Shown here piece by piece: positions 1 through 12,318 of a DNA stretch of 64,000 nucleotides. Below the pieces are notes generated by a model, which ran no database searches, had not been told where the DNA came from, and saw only the letters and a program-made list of their open reading frames with translations. A program made the position numbers and the translations under genes. How positions within the stretch are numbered: the first letter of the stretch is position 1; the number at the start of each line of letters is the position of its first letter. Source of the DNA: Lama glama (lineage: Eukaryota); NCBI GenBank assembly GCA_028534125.1, contig CM052817.1:8682001-8746000 (forward strand), given 5' to 3'.

Positions 1-1087
1 GCGTAAGTGTAAGAAAGCTGAGGAGGAAAAGTCAAAAAAGTAAGAATGGGACTGGAACTTCATATAGAACTATGAAGACAGTACCAAAATTTGAGACTGA
101 TTTGAATCTGATTTCTGTTGCTTTGTAACTGCAAGAACTCCTCTGAAAATTCAAACTCAGCACTGCAGCTAAGGTGCAGGACTTCAGCATAAGTAAACAC
201 GCGACCGGCACTAACTCTGGGGACTCCGCTTGGCAAGCCTTGATGTTTGCCTCTGGGGGACGCTGACGTCTGAGACCTGGATATATTACCATAGGCCTTT
301 CTACATATCTACTTATTATTTTCAACACCCCAGTGAGCTATTTTATCTTGTTTTATTGAGTTTCTTTTTGTTTTATATCTTCAGTGGGCAGGACAGAGCA
401 TTCTAAGTTCCCTGCCCCATCTTGCTTTTTTGGACGGTGCTTCCACCTTCCTCGTGCTGGTCTGGGTCTGCTATTTGGCCAAAAGAATGCAATAAATTCA
501 ATAATGCTATATGCTAGTCTTGTTCAGAGATTACATGGTCTTTATCTTTTTAAATGTATCCTAGAGTAGACTGCACTGTGCCCAAAGCTGCAAGAGCATT
601 GCTACCAGAAGTACAACAGGAGTTCACAGAGAGGGCTGAGAGTGATCCAGTGGAAACGTCTACCTTATGGGTGTAAAAGGTTCCACAGCTACAGTCCCAC
701 AACCCAGAAGAATGCTGCAGAAGCCAAGACCTAGTCAAAGTTTTCTGGAACATCTACATTTCTGGGTAAATTCGCAGGAAGCTCAATTAATCTGTAATAG
801 TTTAAAAAGCAAATATGGTAAAATAATAGAACAAAAGAATTCCTCTTGAGGCAGCATGATTTTTATAAAAATTCACTGGGGTTAAGAATGAAGCTGCAGC
901 TGGATGCCTCGCAAGGTCATGAAATAGCCTTGCAGTATTATCTCTGGAATCCAGTGTTTACTCATTTTTCAAAAAAAGAAAAAAAAAGGAAAGAAAAAGC
1001 ACACACAATAGCTGCACTAAAATTTCATAGGCTTTATGCAAGTAAAAGAATAAAGCTTTAGAATATGATTACTTTGTTGTTTTGCAG

Positions 1088-1235
1088 GTGTGTGATCCTG
1101 GGCAAATTATTCAAAGAATTTATTTTTCTGTACCTTTATAATCAAGATATAATACATACCTTATATTGATTCCTATTAACTACATAGAGAAGTGTCAGGA
1201 ATATAATAGTAAAGGCTTAATAAATGTTAGCTATA
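1088..1235 (+). mobile_element. MIR SINE fragment
   Basis: gtgtgatcctgggcaaattatt ... aatacataccttata ... aaggcttaataaatgttagcta resembles the MIR core and 3' end; boundaries approximate. Confidence 0.6.
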
Positions 1236-2564
1236 AACACTATCATCTTTCCATTGTAAATGAGGAAACAGAAATTTAAAGCATTTACGAAATGTTTTAA
1301 GGTCTCACATGTAGGAAATAGAAATGTTAGAATTTAATCTCAGACCCATCAGGCGCCTTTTCCTCCAACACTATGCAAACAATCTCTAGAATTCATTCAG
1401 GGCAGGCCAGGTGATGCCCAGGCAACAGCTTACTTGCCTCCAGTAGATCATGGGTATTTAGAGGTTCCCCTGCTAACCCCTGTCCAAATTGTTCTCCTAG
1501 GGACTTTTATTTATCTAGGGTTCATCAAGTATAGAAAAAATGCATGATATTAATTAACAGCAATTATAAATTCAGTTCAGAGGCATCAAGGTGGAAACTG
1601 TATTTGTCAGCTAAAGGAAAAGTGGTCTGAACACTGGCATAGGCTTCCATGCATGGGCAATAGAATGGAAATTAATAATCACCTACCACATAGGTCATTT
1701 ACTCAAAAAAACCCCTAGGTAGTCGTTTGGACCAAGTATACAGAAAATATTAAGCTGGCCCCTAATCTGATGGTGATGATTATTCATGATGCAAAAGAAA
1801 AGGGTAATTCTTGAAGTAAATTTCCATCTATGCTGGAAAAAGGGGAAAATGTCACACATTCAAGTGAGTTCAGAATTTAAGGGAGATCTTTGGTCAAAGG
1901 GAGAAAACCAGATTCGATCCTTTAATTAAGCTTAACTTCTTTATGCATTATATCTAAGCAGCGTGGTTTGGTGGAAAGAGTTATCAATCAAGATGGTATG
2001 TAGACATGCATATCTTAAACTTGGTTCTCTGAATTGTGTGACCTTGAATAAATCATGTTTGTTCTAGGTGTTTCAGTTTCATCTGGCATAAAATGAAGTA
2101 GTTGGACTTGTTTGGGGTATTTCAAATTTCTCCCTCACAGACAACATACTTTTCAAGATTTTTGTTTACTCAGTAAATTATACTGCCCAATACAAAGTTA
2201 ATTGAGTTTACATTTTTTAAATTAATCAGGCATAAATAAAACTGTCCATTTGGACTTCTGGTCATAATGAAGTAACCTATGTTATTGAACGGATTCTTTT
2301 TAAATCATTTTGGGCAAATGCAAAGCAACTGCATGCTTAGAAAGCTTAAGAATCCAAGAATACTAAGGATGTGTACACCGAAGAATCCTTTTGCAGATTT
2401 ACCACCTCAGAGCCTACAGAGCTCTACAGGACATGGCTTCGTGTTTTTAAGTGCCTGACATAGAGCTTTTGATTGTCAAGGCATCCATTACAAAAGACAT
2501 CCACCTTGAACAAGCAAATCGCCAGCTGTGTGACACAGCTACTAAAAAAACAGCTAGATAAGGA

Positions 2565-3050
2565 ATTCGGTTGCCACCACCCATGAAGTTCTATCTTTCA
2601 GAAAGCCCTGGGTAACCTAGGTAACTGACCACTTAGTGACCCCACTTCTCCCTTCCCATGCCTTAATTCTCACTCTTTTATTTAAATAGCCAGTAAAGTG
2701 TGATCCTTGAAATGCTTAGATGCCCCAGCACTGGACCCTAGTAAGGCAGAGCACCTGTTCTCTCTCTGTCTCTGTCTCCGTCTCTTTCTTTCTCTCATCT
2801 CTGTCTCAATCACCAGCTCTATCTCTATCTCTCTGTCTCTCTCCTCACCACCTTTGCTGTGTGGCTCTTGGATGTACCATTGTCCTCCAGAACCTATGAG
2901 TAATATATCTTGTTTCTCAAAGTTCCATGATGGTTTTTGCTGAAGGGCATCCTGCAATCATAATAAGGACCAAGAGAGCAGGTTCAACATTGGCCTTGGT
3001 GGCGGAAACGTCTGTGGGGACTCTTACCAGCAATATGACCCAGGTGAGCG
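2565..3050 (+). mobile_element. ERVL-class LTR (LTR53/MER88/MER54-MER74 group), with internal (TC)n-like tract
   Basis: 2918-2993 (caaagttccatgatggtttttgctgaaggg...cataataaggacca) is visibly homologous to 50892-50975, showing an interspersed repeat; CT tract at 2760-2845; family name from recall. Confidence 0.6.
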
Positions 3051-3079
3051 CCTTAAGCATTCCTAGCCATAGTGTCACT

Positions 3080-3510
3080 ATCAGGGAGGCCAACATAACC
3101 ATCTTCTTCATACTTCCTACCTTATCTGCTGCTACTCTCCCTTCACCCACTGGTCCATAGTAATACTGGTTGCCTTTCAATTCTCCAGCTTTTCCTTTCC
3201 TAACACTTTAATCAACATAGGTTTCTCTGCTTGTAACGCTCTCCCTCCAGCTTTGGTATAAATGCCTCCTTCTCAGAGAAGCCTCTGTGACTACGTTCAC
3301 AAAGTTGATTTTCTCTTGCTAACTTCTACCACTTAACCCAGGTTTCCCCTCAACCCTTTATTTTCTTTATAACAGCCATGCCTATGATTTAGTTTCTTGT
3401 CTTCCCCATTTGTGTGAAAAATCTTGAAAGACAGCATCCCGTTTGTTTTTTAACCTCTTTACCCTATCATGGCTCCTGATATAGAGTTGGCAATAATTGT
3501 TTATTGGATG
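3080..3510 (+). mobile_element. L2 LINE 3' fragment
   Basis: Pyrimidine-rich body ending in tcctgatatagagttggcaataattgtttattggatgga, a degenerate L2 3' end. Confidence 0.55.
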
Positions 3511-3656
3511 GAGAAAGACTTAAACATTGAAAGTCTTCATAAAACATGGACAGTAGTTCAGGCATCATCTCTATGAGTTTTAAGAGCCTCTTAGAATCTG
3601 AGGAAGCCAAGTAATTAGTTGGCCCCAAAGTCCATTTCACCTAAAATAGTCTAAGG

Positions 3657-3835
3657 AAAGATTCCTCAGTCTCCACTTTAGTGACATTTTGGTCCAGATA
3701 ATTCACTGTCATGGAGACTGTCCTGTGTATTGTAGGATGTTTAGCAGCAGCCTTGGTGTCTACCCACTAGATGACAACAGCAAACTTAGTTTAATGTCCC
3801 CTGGGGACAACATTGGCCCTGGCTGAGAACCACTG
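3657..3835 (+). mobile_element. MER20 (hAT-Charlie) DNA transposon, internally deleted
   Basis: gacattttggtccagataattc...ctgtcctgtgtattgtaggatgtttagcagc...ctacccactagatg and terminal gctgagaaccactg match the MER20 pattern. Confidence 0.85.
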
Positions 3836-3999
3836 ATTTAAGTAAGATGATAGATTAAACCAAACACATTACAAGTTACATTGATTTTGAATGTTGAGAC
3901 CATTTCACTTCACCTATTTTATAAACAGACCTCAATAATAGCAATTTTCATAATAATTGTTTTAGAAATGTCCCTGATCGTGCCACGTGGGTGAGGAAG

Positions 4000-4580
4000 T
4001 TTATCAGCCAAGAATGTTAACAGCAACAACAGAAACTTTCTTTGACTAATGTAAGAAAGAGAGGACTTTATTAAATGTCTGTTAGGGAATTACACAATTG
4101 CCAGCAAGTTTGAAGAACCAGGGGCAGATAATGGCCCAGAACAAGGAAGGCTAGGCCGCCAGCGCCCCAGCCAAAACTGTTCAGTACCCAGAGTGAGTGT
4201 GACTAGGCACTGTCGCAATTGCCCAAGACTGCAGGACGTCCCAGTTTACGTCCCTCTGGTGGTCATCTTGGGTACTGCTTCCTTGGTACATGAAAATTGA
4301 TACCACATGGCCTCTTCCCCCAGAATGCATTCTCTTGAGGCCTCTGCTTCCTTGCGTTCCTTCTCCCTAATTCAGAGAGTTAGTGTTGTGTGCATTTGAT
4401 TAGCTAACATATGCCAAGTCCCAAGGTGCAAGAGAGGCTAGAAAAGTATAATCTGGCCTTTTGGCTTCTAAGGTGGGAAGTCGGTTCTGCATTTCACCAG
4501 GACCATATGGTTGGGAATTCACTAAACATAGGAAAAGGGGTTTATATTCCAGAAAGCCCCAAAGCAACTAATACATACTA
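4000..4580 (-). mobile_element. MaLR LTR (MLT1K/L-like), old
   Basis: caacaacagaaactttctttgactaatgtaagaaagagaggactttattaaa...ttgaagaaccagg resembles an antisense old MLT1 end; approximate. Confidence 0.5.
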
Positions 4581-5352
4581 ATCAAATATGGCAATTGATC
4601 AAAAATATTCACAATGGAATGGAGCCAGTTACAGATCCACCTCATCTGTTGAAGAACTAAACACGTGATGTGATAGCATGTAGTTGTCCCTTTCCTCAAG
4701 AGGCTTTTGCCAGTCTTTTCACTTGGAAGTAGCACACCACAAGCCAAGCTTCACCACCTCACTGCCTCTCCCTTCCTGGGCTATATCTGGGGCAGGTGCA
4801 GTGAGAGACAGTCAGACCATTCTGTGAATATCCAGTAAGCCTTGAATGTGCACTCCAAGGCCCATTTCCTTGATGCTGTTCCCCAAGGGGCATTGAAATG
4901 GCTCCTGAACATGGACAGTCACATAATGTTCCAGCCACCAAAGTGTAGCAGTGTTTGCTGATCTCTAATTTGACCTCATTGCATTTCAATGTGTAAACTT
5001 GTCCTCTGTGGGCCAGGCTGCATGATAAACAGGCAGCGCCTTCATGGATAATTCAAGCTTCAGTAGTTTCTCAGCTCAGATGGAACAGTGCTGGCTTTGC
5101 TAGAGTGGAAAACAGATTATAAACCACAAACTCATTTACTCTACAAATGTTTGCTGTACTTAGAGAAAGCAGTTTTCCATACTTTTCTTCATTTCCTTCT
5201 TCAGTCAAATTGGCTGTCTTTGAACATTTCCTAATAAAATAGCTCCAGTGAATGTCAGAGCTGGAGATGATAAGAGAACCATTTTTCTGTGTGATCACAG
5301 TGGGGACCTATCTTTTCTGTGTCTCATTCTTCATTTATAACATGCCAAACAC

Positions 5353-5520
5353 AGTTTATTCAGAATTGGCTAGATTATGCTGGGGTCAAAAATTAACCAC
5401 CAGATATCAATGATTTAATTAAAAAAGAGAATTATTTCTCATTCAGATGGCATGTCCAGCATGTTTTACCAAGGCATTCTACTCCATGCAGTTCAAAGTC
5501 ACAGACTTAGGGCATCATCT
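5353..5520 (-). mobile_element. MaLR LTR fragment (MLT1J/K/L-like)
   Basis: ggctagattatgctggggtcaaaaattaaccaccagatatcaatgattta...ttatttctcattca is the typical antisense MLT1 terminus. Confidence 0.55.
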
Positions 5521-5699
5521 GAGCACCGAGGAGGGGTGCCTACTCCAGAGTAGACAGGGACTGAGACTTTCTGCATGTGGTGAAGCCTTAGATAAAACTC
5601 CAAGGATGGGAAGTGGTTAGCTAAATTTGCTTAACTTTCCTTAAACAAAGTACCAAAGCAACAAAGAGCAGGATGTGTGCAGAACATGAAGTTAGAGAC

Positions 5700-6620
5700 A
5701 CAGAGTCAAGAGATTAGACTAGGAAGGGGTCGTATTATGGAAACTCAGAGTCATCTTAAAATATTTAGACCTGACTTTGCATACATTAATTATACTAACT
5801 CCCTTCGAAGGAACTTAAAACAAAGTGTGACGTGGTCAAGTTGTTGCTTCTGAAAAGTCAGCTTGGCTGCAGTGTGCAGAATGCATGTGGATGGAAGGGA
5901 TCTGGTGGCAAGGAGATTGGCAGGAGGCTGTTCATCATCCATTGTGAAGAAATAAGCAGGAAAACCGGTAAGGATGGAAAGGAGAAGAAGCAGACGAGAA
6001 ACATTTGGAAGTGTAAGAGTAGGTCATGCGGTGGGACTGATGGATAAAGAGTCTGGAAAAGAGGGGTGGATGGGATAGGGGTCCTTGGCTTTTATTTTGA
6101 TAACTGTATGGATAATGGCCCTGAGATACAGAGTGAGAACGGATTAGCAACCTCAGGGAGCAATGCATTCGGATACGGGTCAGGCCACTTTGAGACATCA
6201 ATAAGACATTTTGATAACATCGAACAGGCTGTTTATCCCCACAGTTTGTGACTCAAGGAAGAAGTCTAGGATTAATATATATTTTGGAATGCATCAGCGT
6301 ATAAGTAGCAGTAGAAATCTTAAAAGTAGGTAAATCACCCTTTTAGCAATAGTATATTGAGGGGATAAGGAGCCCAAGGGTCAAACTTGAGGGGTGCATA
6401 GTGGAATATGCGGTAGAAAATTAAGCCGATTAAGAAGGACCCATCACAGAGGTAGGAAAGCAGCTAAGAGTTTGATGGGTCAAGGACACGAAGGGATTAG
6501 CTTGTTCATAGAACTTGGGTCACGCAATGGTGTTAAATGCAGCAGAATAATCCTAGAAAGTAAAGACAGAAATGTATTCATTAGGTTTAACAGTGATGAT
6601 GTGACTGATTAGTTTGTATA
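5700..6620 (-). mobile_element. L2 LINE fragment
   Basis: Purine-rich antisense L2 motifs (ggaggctgttcatcatccattgtgaagaaataa; ttgagacatc; gaagtctaggattaatatatattttggaatgcatcagcgtataag). Confidence 0.65.
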
Positions 6621-6722
6621 AGTTACAGTAGTTTTAATCACCAAATATTTATAAAGTAGCTACCACATATCAAGCTCTGGGCTTAACATTGAGAATCAGT
6701 GTGAATAAATATGGTATAGTCA

Positions 6723-6850
6723 GGGGGAGAGTATAGCTCAGTGGTAGAGTACATACATGCTTAGCATGCACAAGGTCCTGGGTTTAATCCCCAGTACCTC
6801 CATTAAAAAAAAAATGACCTAATTACCTCCCTCCCAAGACAAATTTAAGA
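6723..6850 (+). mobile_element. tRNA-derived SINE, camelid Vic-1 type, inserted in an antisense L2 3' end
   Basis: A-box TAGCTCAGTGG (6734-6744), B-box GGTTTAATCCC (6781-6791), ccagtacctcc, A-run, then acctaattacctccc tail; flanks 6640-6720 and 6866-6960 continue an L2 3' end. Confidence 0.85.
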
Positions 6851-7479
6851 AGATATGGTCGGGTCCTTCTCAAGCTTGAAGTCTAGTGGGGGATATGGGC
6901 AATAAACACAACATTTAGTGATATATATTAAAATATTTGAGAAGTATTATAAAGATAAACATTTAGAAATAAATTGGAGATGAGTGTACGTTATTCTTCC
7001 AAGACTGTGTAATGAAGGGTAAACCTGGAGACTGTACTGTGTTTACAGGGGGACTGCAATCTGAGTGTGAAGGAAGAGTTATTAAGATGAAAAAGATTTC
7101 AACAAGTTTATAAACTAAAGAAACAAAAAATACACAGAAGTAAAGATACAGGAAAGAGAGGCAATAATTAATAGATCGAAGTCTAGAAAAAGCAAAGAAG
7201 CCCAATGTTTCATACAGCGGATTTGGCTTTATACAAGAGGAGGAGAAGCATGACCAGCTGGAAAGGAGAGTGGAAAGTTTATCTGGTGGGGTTGATGTTC
7301 TTAACGAAGTAGGAGTTGATAAGGGTGGGGAAGATGACATTTAAGTAGAACAAGACTTTGGGAGAAAATATAAAAGTAAGTAGCTATTTAAAAGCAAAGG
7401 ACTACTCTTTTTTAAATAAGCAGAGAGCTTGCAGATGCTTATAAGCCAAACATGTTTTATGACCTCTGACTCATGGGCA

Positions 7480-7814
7480 AAGCCATGTGGTCATCATTCC
7501 AGAGCCTACATTAAAGTGACACATGAGTTGTAGGCCATGTGATCGCATTCTGGGGAATAGAAGGTACAGAAGTAACGTACAATACTTCCAGGCTTGGCCC
7601 TCAAATATCCTACATGACTCTCTAGCCCTTAGGAAACACAACTTCCAGATGTTGGATCTTTGAACCGGCACCTAGAAAAGAGCTACCGGGAAAGCTACAA
7701 TTACTCAATTTAGCTGTGTTGTGAATGAGAAATCAGTTCTTTTTAGGCTGAGATCACTGAGACTTCTTGTTGTATTTTCCATTGTCATATAATTTAGCTT
7801 ATTCTGACTAATAT
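7480..7814 (+). mobile_element. MaLR LTR (MLT1J-like) fragment
   Basis: 3' end gtgaatgagaaatcagttc...actgagacttcttgttg...atttagcttattctgactaatata. Confidence 0.6.
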
Positions 7815-8574
7815 AATCACTGTTAAGATGTTGTATTAATTGATTCATAACATAGTAATTCAACAATTATTCTTCTTCATTATTATGATTTGCTGTGTAG
7901 TTGTTAATTCTGCTGTTTTATTTTATCAGGAATGTGTTTAACACGGCACTGTTGTGTTTATTACTTGAATGTCTTGACATTTCTTTTAGGAAACAATGGA
8001 CAAAGGTCTGAAGCATAGGATTTAGGCAGATAAAAGTAACACTGCTTAAAAGCACAATTTGTCCTGTTTATAAGATCTGACACTCAACTACTGGGACCCA
8101 TTTCCCAACCTATTTCTTTACTTTCAAGATCAAATTGCCCCTCTCTACCTGTTCCTCAGAACATAGGTCTCCTCAAAGAGGCAGGTATTGACTGGCAAAG
8201 ACAAAAAGGTAAAATACTTCTGTTTCTTCCAATAATAACTAAACCTTCCAATTATCTCTGACAGAATGGAACATGTAATGTGAAGTCTTTCAGAAACCTA
8301 GAGTCCAAGATTATAGAACTTAAGGGCCACCTACTTTAGCCCTTATTCCCTTACATCTAAGGATTTTCCCAATCCTGTTTTTCTCTCTCCTGAATGAAGC
8401 CCTCAAGATCCTCTGCTCCCCCTTCTGCCACAGCTGGAGGATTCCCAGTATTCTCAGTGTATTTAAATGCACTGCCAGGATTGTAACAGCACAGGCTTGT
8501 GGTCAGGCAAATGAGTTCTTGAATCCCATTTCTGATCAATTTTTCCTTTATGATTTGAAGATATTCCTAAAAAT

Positions 8575-8750
8575 AAGAGCTTGTAATCTTTGTAAACTTG
8601 GAAAATTATTTAACCTGTTTAAACTTCATTTCCTCATCTATAGAACAATAGTATTCCCATTCTCATCCCTGGTGGGAGTGAAAAGTATGTTAACTAGTAT
8701 ATGTAACATATTTTGCACAGACTTTGACATAGTCTGAAAGATTAGTTGAA
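8575..8750 (+). mobile_element. MIR SINE fragment
   Basis: cttggaaaattatttaacctgtttaaacttcatttcctcatctatagaacaatagtattccc is the MIR core. Confidence 0.65.
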
Positions 8751-8835
8751 ATTAAAGAAAAGGTAGTTATCATAATTGAGTACCTAATATGCGCTGAACA
8801 TATTTCTTTTTACAGATTATCTCTAATCCTTAAAA

Positions 8836-9042
8836 GAATGTTGTCAAATAGAAATTTTTGTAATGATAGAAATGTCCTCTATCTGTTTGGTCCAAAAGGA
8901 CAGCCACCAGCATATGTGGCTACTGAGTACTTCAAATGTGGCTGGCCCACCTGAGGGATTGATTTTTAATGCCGTTTAGTTTCAAATAATTTAAATTTCA
9001 ATGGCAATATGTGGTTAGTAGCTACTGAGCTGGCCAGCACAG
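8836..9042 (+). mobile_element. MER3 (hAT-Charlie) DNA transposon, full length, nested in an antisense MIR
   Basis: tgtcaaatagaaatttttgtaatgatagaaatgtcc...gccaccagcatatgtggctactgagtacttcaaatgtggct...ctggccagcacag; 8-bp TSD ccttaaaa (8828-8835) / ccttagaa (9043-9050). Confidence 0.9.
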
Positions 9043-10149
9043 CCTTAGAACAACCATTAAAAACAGACATCACCTTCCTTTTATAAAATAGAAAATGGTG
9101 TCATAAACGTTGGGTAAATTCTTTAGGGTCATTCAGCCAGCAAAGAAATGAGCTGAGATATGATTTTGACTATTCCTTGGCCATCTTTCCTTCCCTTCAC
9201 CTTATTGTTTCTGAGGATTTTATCATTTGTGTATATTCAGTTCCCTCACATGCAACACTTTTGCATTTATTTCAAACAGACTTCCCCGAGTCTATAACCA
9301 TGGTATCCAGGAGAAGTCTGGGAAGTAGCTTAGTTAAATTTCTTTCTCTCTAGGCCAAGAATATTTTCTTTATTTTCTGCTAGGTGACCTTCAACCTCTT
9401 CCCAAATACTACCAGTGTCTGGTGGCTTGTGACCTCACTGTGTCACCTGTGCTGTTATTATAAAGTGCTTCCTTATCCTGTATTAAACTGCAACTTGATC
9501 CCAAGTGTCATGAGATAAATGGAGAAGATCAGATGGAGCAACTTAAACAGTGTCTTCTCAGCCCGTCAAAGTCACTGTCCAGTGATCAAAGGCTTGTATA
9601 AGCCAGTCTTATATTGTGGGTTCTGAGAAGGATACAATGGGAAAGAGGTGATGAGTGGGGCAGCTGTCAGGCCCACTGGCAGGCCAACCCTGGAAATTTA
9701 TGCTGATGGTATGTGCTGATGCAAGGACATTTTGTCAGAGCAGAAATCACTCACTCATGTGAATGTGTTCCTGTTATGACTAACACATTTGGCAGAAAAC
9801 AGATTCACAGGCTTATGTGAGTAGAGAGTTGAGGGAGTGAGCAGAGGAGGTTGAAGCTGGAAAAATAATTGTATAGTTGATCCCATACAAGAACTAGCAC
9901 ATTCCTTTTAACTTGGAGGGTACTGCTTCCATTAGGGTTCTGCCAGAGGGCATTTGGGACGTTCAGTGGAAAGAGTTCAGGCACCACTGGCAGAAAGTTC
10001 AGCTCTGCCCGACCCTTCCAGATTTCCAAGCCCAGTTTTTTCTTTTTATCATAGCTGTTTCAAACCTTGCGGTTTCTTCCCATACTTGGGTGCATTGTCA
10101 TCTTACTCCATCACACTTAACGCACACTGTTTTCTCTGCATTAAAGAGA

Positions 10150-11520
10150 GATTAGAAGCCCTTGAAGTATCTGTCACTAAACTTACAAACTCACCCTCCT
10201 AGGTGTTTCTTCTTCCTTCTTGTTAAAATGCTGATGCTTACCCCCTTCTCCATAAAAGCAATCCCTCCGCCTCTCAGGGGCCCCGCTGTGCTGATTTGAC
10301 GTCCTCTACCCTGTGTCTTCAACTTTTCCCCCTTTGTGTACACATTCCACCAGGCTTTGAACCTGCTCAAGCCTCTCTCATTTGATTCACACACATACTG
10401 CAAAACTTTCTCAATCACCTGTATCCCTCCAGTTATCACCCCATTTCTTTTCATTTTCACATTAATCTTCTCAGATGTGTCACCCAAACTGGCTGCCTCT
10501 ATGACCTCCTTTCACACTCATTCTTCAACCGAATGCAGCTTAGATTTAATGCCACCATTCTACTGAACTGTTCTCACTAAAGCCACCAAACACCAGTGTG
10601 AAACAGCATTTTTGGTCCTATTTCTGAAAGAACTCCCAGAGGAAGTATATCATATTTACTACATTTTCCTCTAGGAAATGTTCACTTCTGTGACCCCACA
10701 CACTTTTTTCACTTTTGTCTTCCTGGCTGTTCCTCTTGAATCCTCTCTGCGAGATACCTATCTAATTATACCTAATCTCAGGACAGGAAGAGATCTTGTT
10801 TCAATCTGCCTTATAAGTGCTGTTTCTGCATGTTCTGCATGGGACTCTATTCTACACACTTTCCCCCCACCCTTTCCTCTATTCATCCTATTCTTAAGGC
10901 TTCAATTACTATTTCAAGCTTTCTGTGTTAACATCTTTTACATCTAGATCCAATCTAATCCTTATTGAGTTCCAAGTCCATAAATCAAATTGTTAGTGGA
11001 CATCTAATATTTAAATGTCTAAAAGGAAACTCCTTACCTTTTGAACCATCAGAAAATAATCTCACTTTCTGCCCAATTTCCTAAGCTTAAAATGTAAGAA
11101 AGATCTTCCACTTTATTTTCTTTCTTATATCTAGTTAATTAGTCACTGAATTCTCTTGATTTTATTTCTCAAGTATTCCATACAGCTCCTTTTTGTTTCC
11201 AGTTTCAACATTAGTCTAGACTAGTGTCATCATTCCTCATCTGGTCTACCTTAACCATCTACCAAGTATTTTTGTTCTCTTTATCCTCTCTTGCTCTTGT
11301 CCAACCCATTCTCCACATTGTTTTTAGAGTGATATAATTTTTTTAAAATAAAGTTCAGCATACCATTCCATCCATAAACTACTCGAATGACTTCCCATTG
11401 CCCTAATGTACAATTCAAACTTGTTGCCTAGTCTTAAATGGAGGTCTAAAATCTATCCCCTATTTCATGATAGCCCCATCTCCTATCTTTCTCTTACATG
11501 TACTCTAACTTCTAAGGTTC
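10150..11520 (+). mobile_element. L2 LINE, long decayed fragment
   Basis: CT-rich L2 hallmarks (ccaccattctactgaactgttctcactaaagccaccaa; ggacatct; ccaacccattctccacattgtttttagagtgat; gaatgacttcccattgcc). Confidence 0.7.
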
Positions 11521-11842
11521 CAAATATCTTTACATCCCTCTATCACAGGTTAGCTCTAATTCTCTAAGCTCTGGTCACTTCAAAAAGAAGATCACTCTTA
11601 ACACAAAAGATATTTGTTTCAATAGGAAAATCATAGAACTCAAAAATTCTAGGTTCCTAGGTCCCTAGGCAACACCTCAATTTATTATTCTCTATATTCC
11701 ATTGGTGTACAGTTCATGAGGTCACGTATTTCTTCCTTGAAATCAAACATAACAGGCAACTTTGAATCTGGTGCTCTAGCAATGAGGTAACACATAGATA
11801 TCCTTGACTCTGGAAACTCTAATGCGTTTCTCAGAGGAAATT

Positions 11843-12318
11843 GTTTTTAAACTTTTTTTTTTATTGAGTTATAGTCATTTTATAATGTTGTGTCAAATTC
11901 CAGTGTAGAGCACGATTTTTCAGTTATAAATGAACATACATACATTCATTGTCACATTCTCTTTCACTGTGAGCCACCACCAGATCCTGTATATATTTCC
12001 CTGTGCTACACAGTACAATCTTGTTTATCTATTCTACGTTTTGAAATCTCAGTCTGTCCTGTCCCATCCCCTGTCCCCCTGGCAACCACAAGTTTGTATT
12101 CTATGTCTATGAGTATGTTTCTGTTTTTTTTTTTTTTTTTTTAGATTCCACATATGAGTGATCTCATATGGTATTCCTCTCTCTCCCTCTGGCCTACTTT
12201 ACCCAGAATGACACTCTCCAGGAACATCCATGTTGCTGCAAATGGTGTTATGTTGTCAGTTTTTATGGCTGCCTAGTATTCCATTGTATGAATACACCAT
12301 ATCTTCTTTATCCAGTCC
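11843..12318 (-). mobile_element. Young 5'-truncated L1 (camelid-type 3' UTR and ORF2 tail) with TSD
   Basis: Poly(T) then attgagttatagtca; L1 motifs catccatgttgctgcaaatgg and tagtattccattgtatg...caccatatcttctttatcca; perfect 14-bp TSD tctcagaggaaatt at 11829-11842 and 12319-12332. Confidence 0.92.

Noticed and set aside
3..500. Possible plus-strand intron (GTAAGT at 3, acceptor AG at 383-384) and AATAAA near 491
   Set aside because: The upstream exon lies outside the window and there is no coding or other support; such signals are common by chance
6723..6802. Possible tRNA gene
   Set aside because: A and B boxes are present, but there is an extra ACAT in the anticodon-arm region, an A-run plus SINE tail follows, and it interrupts an L2; this is a tRNA-derived SINE
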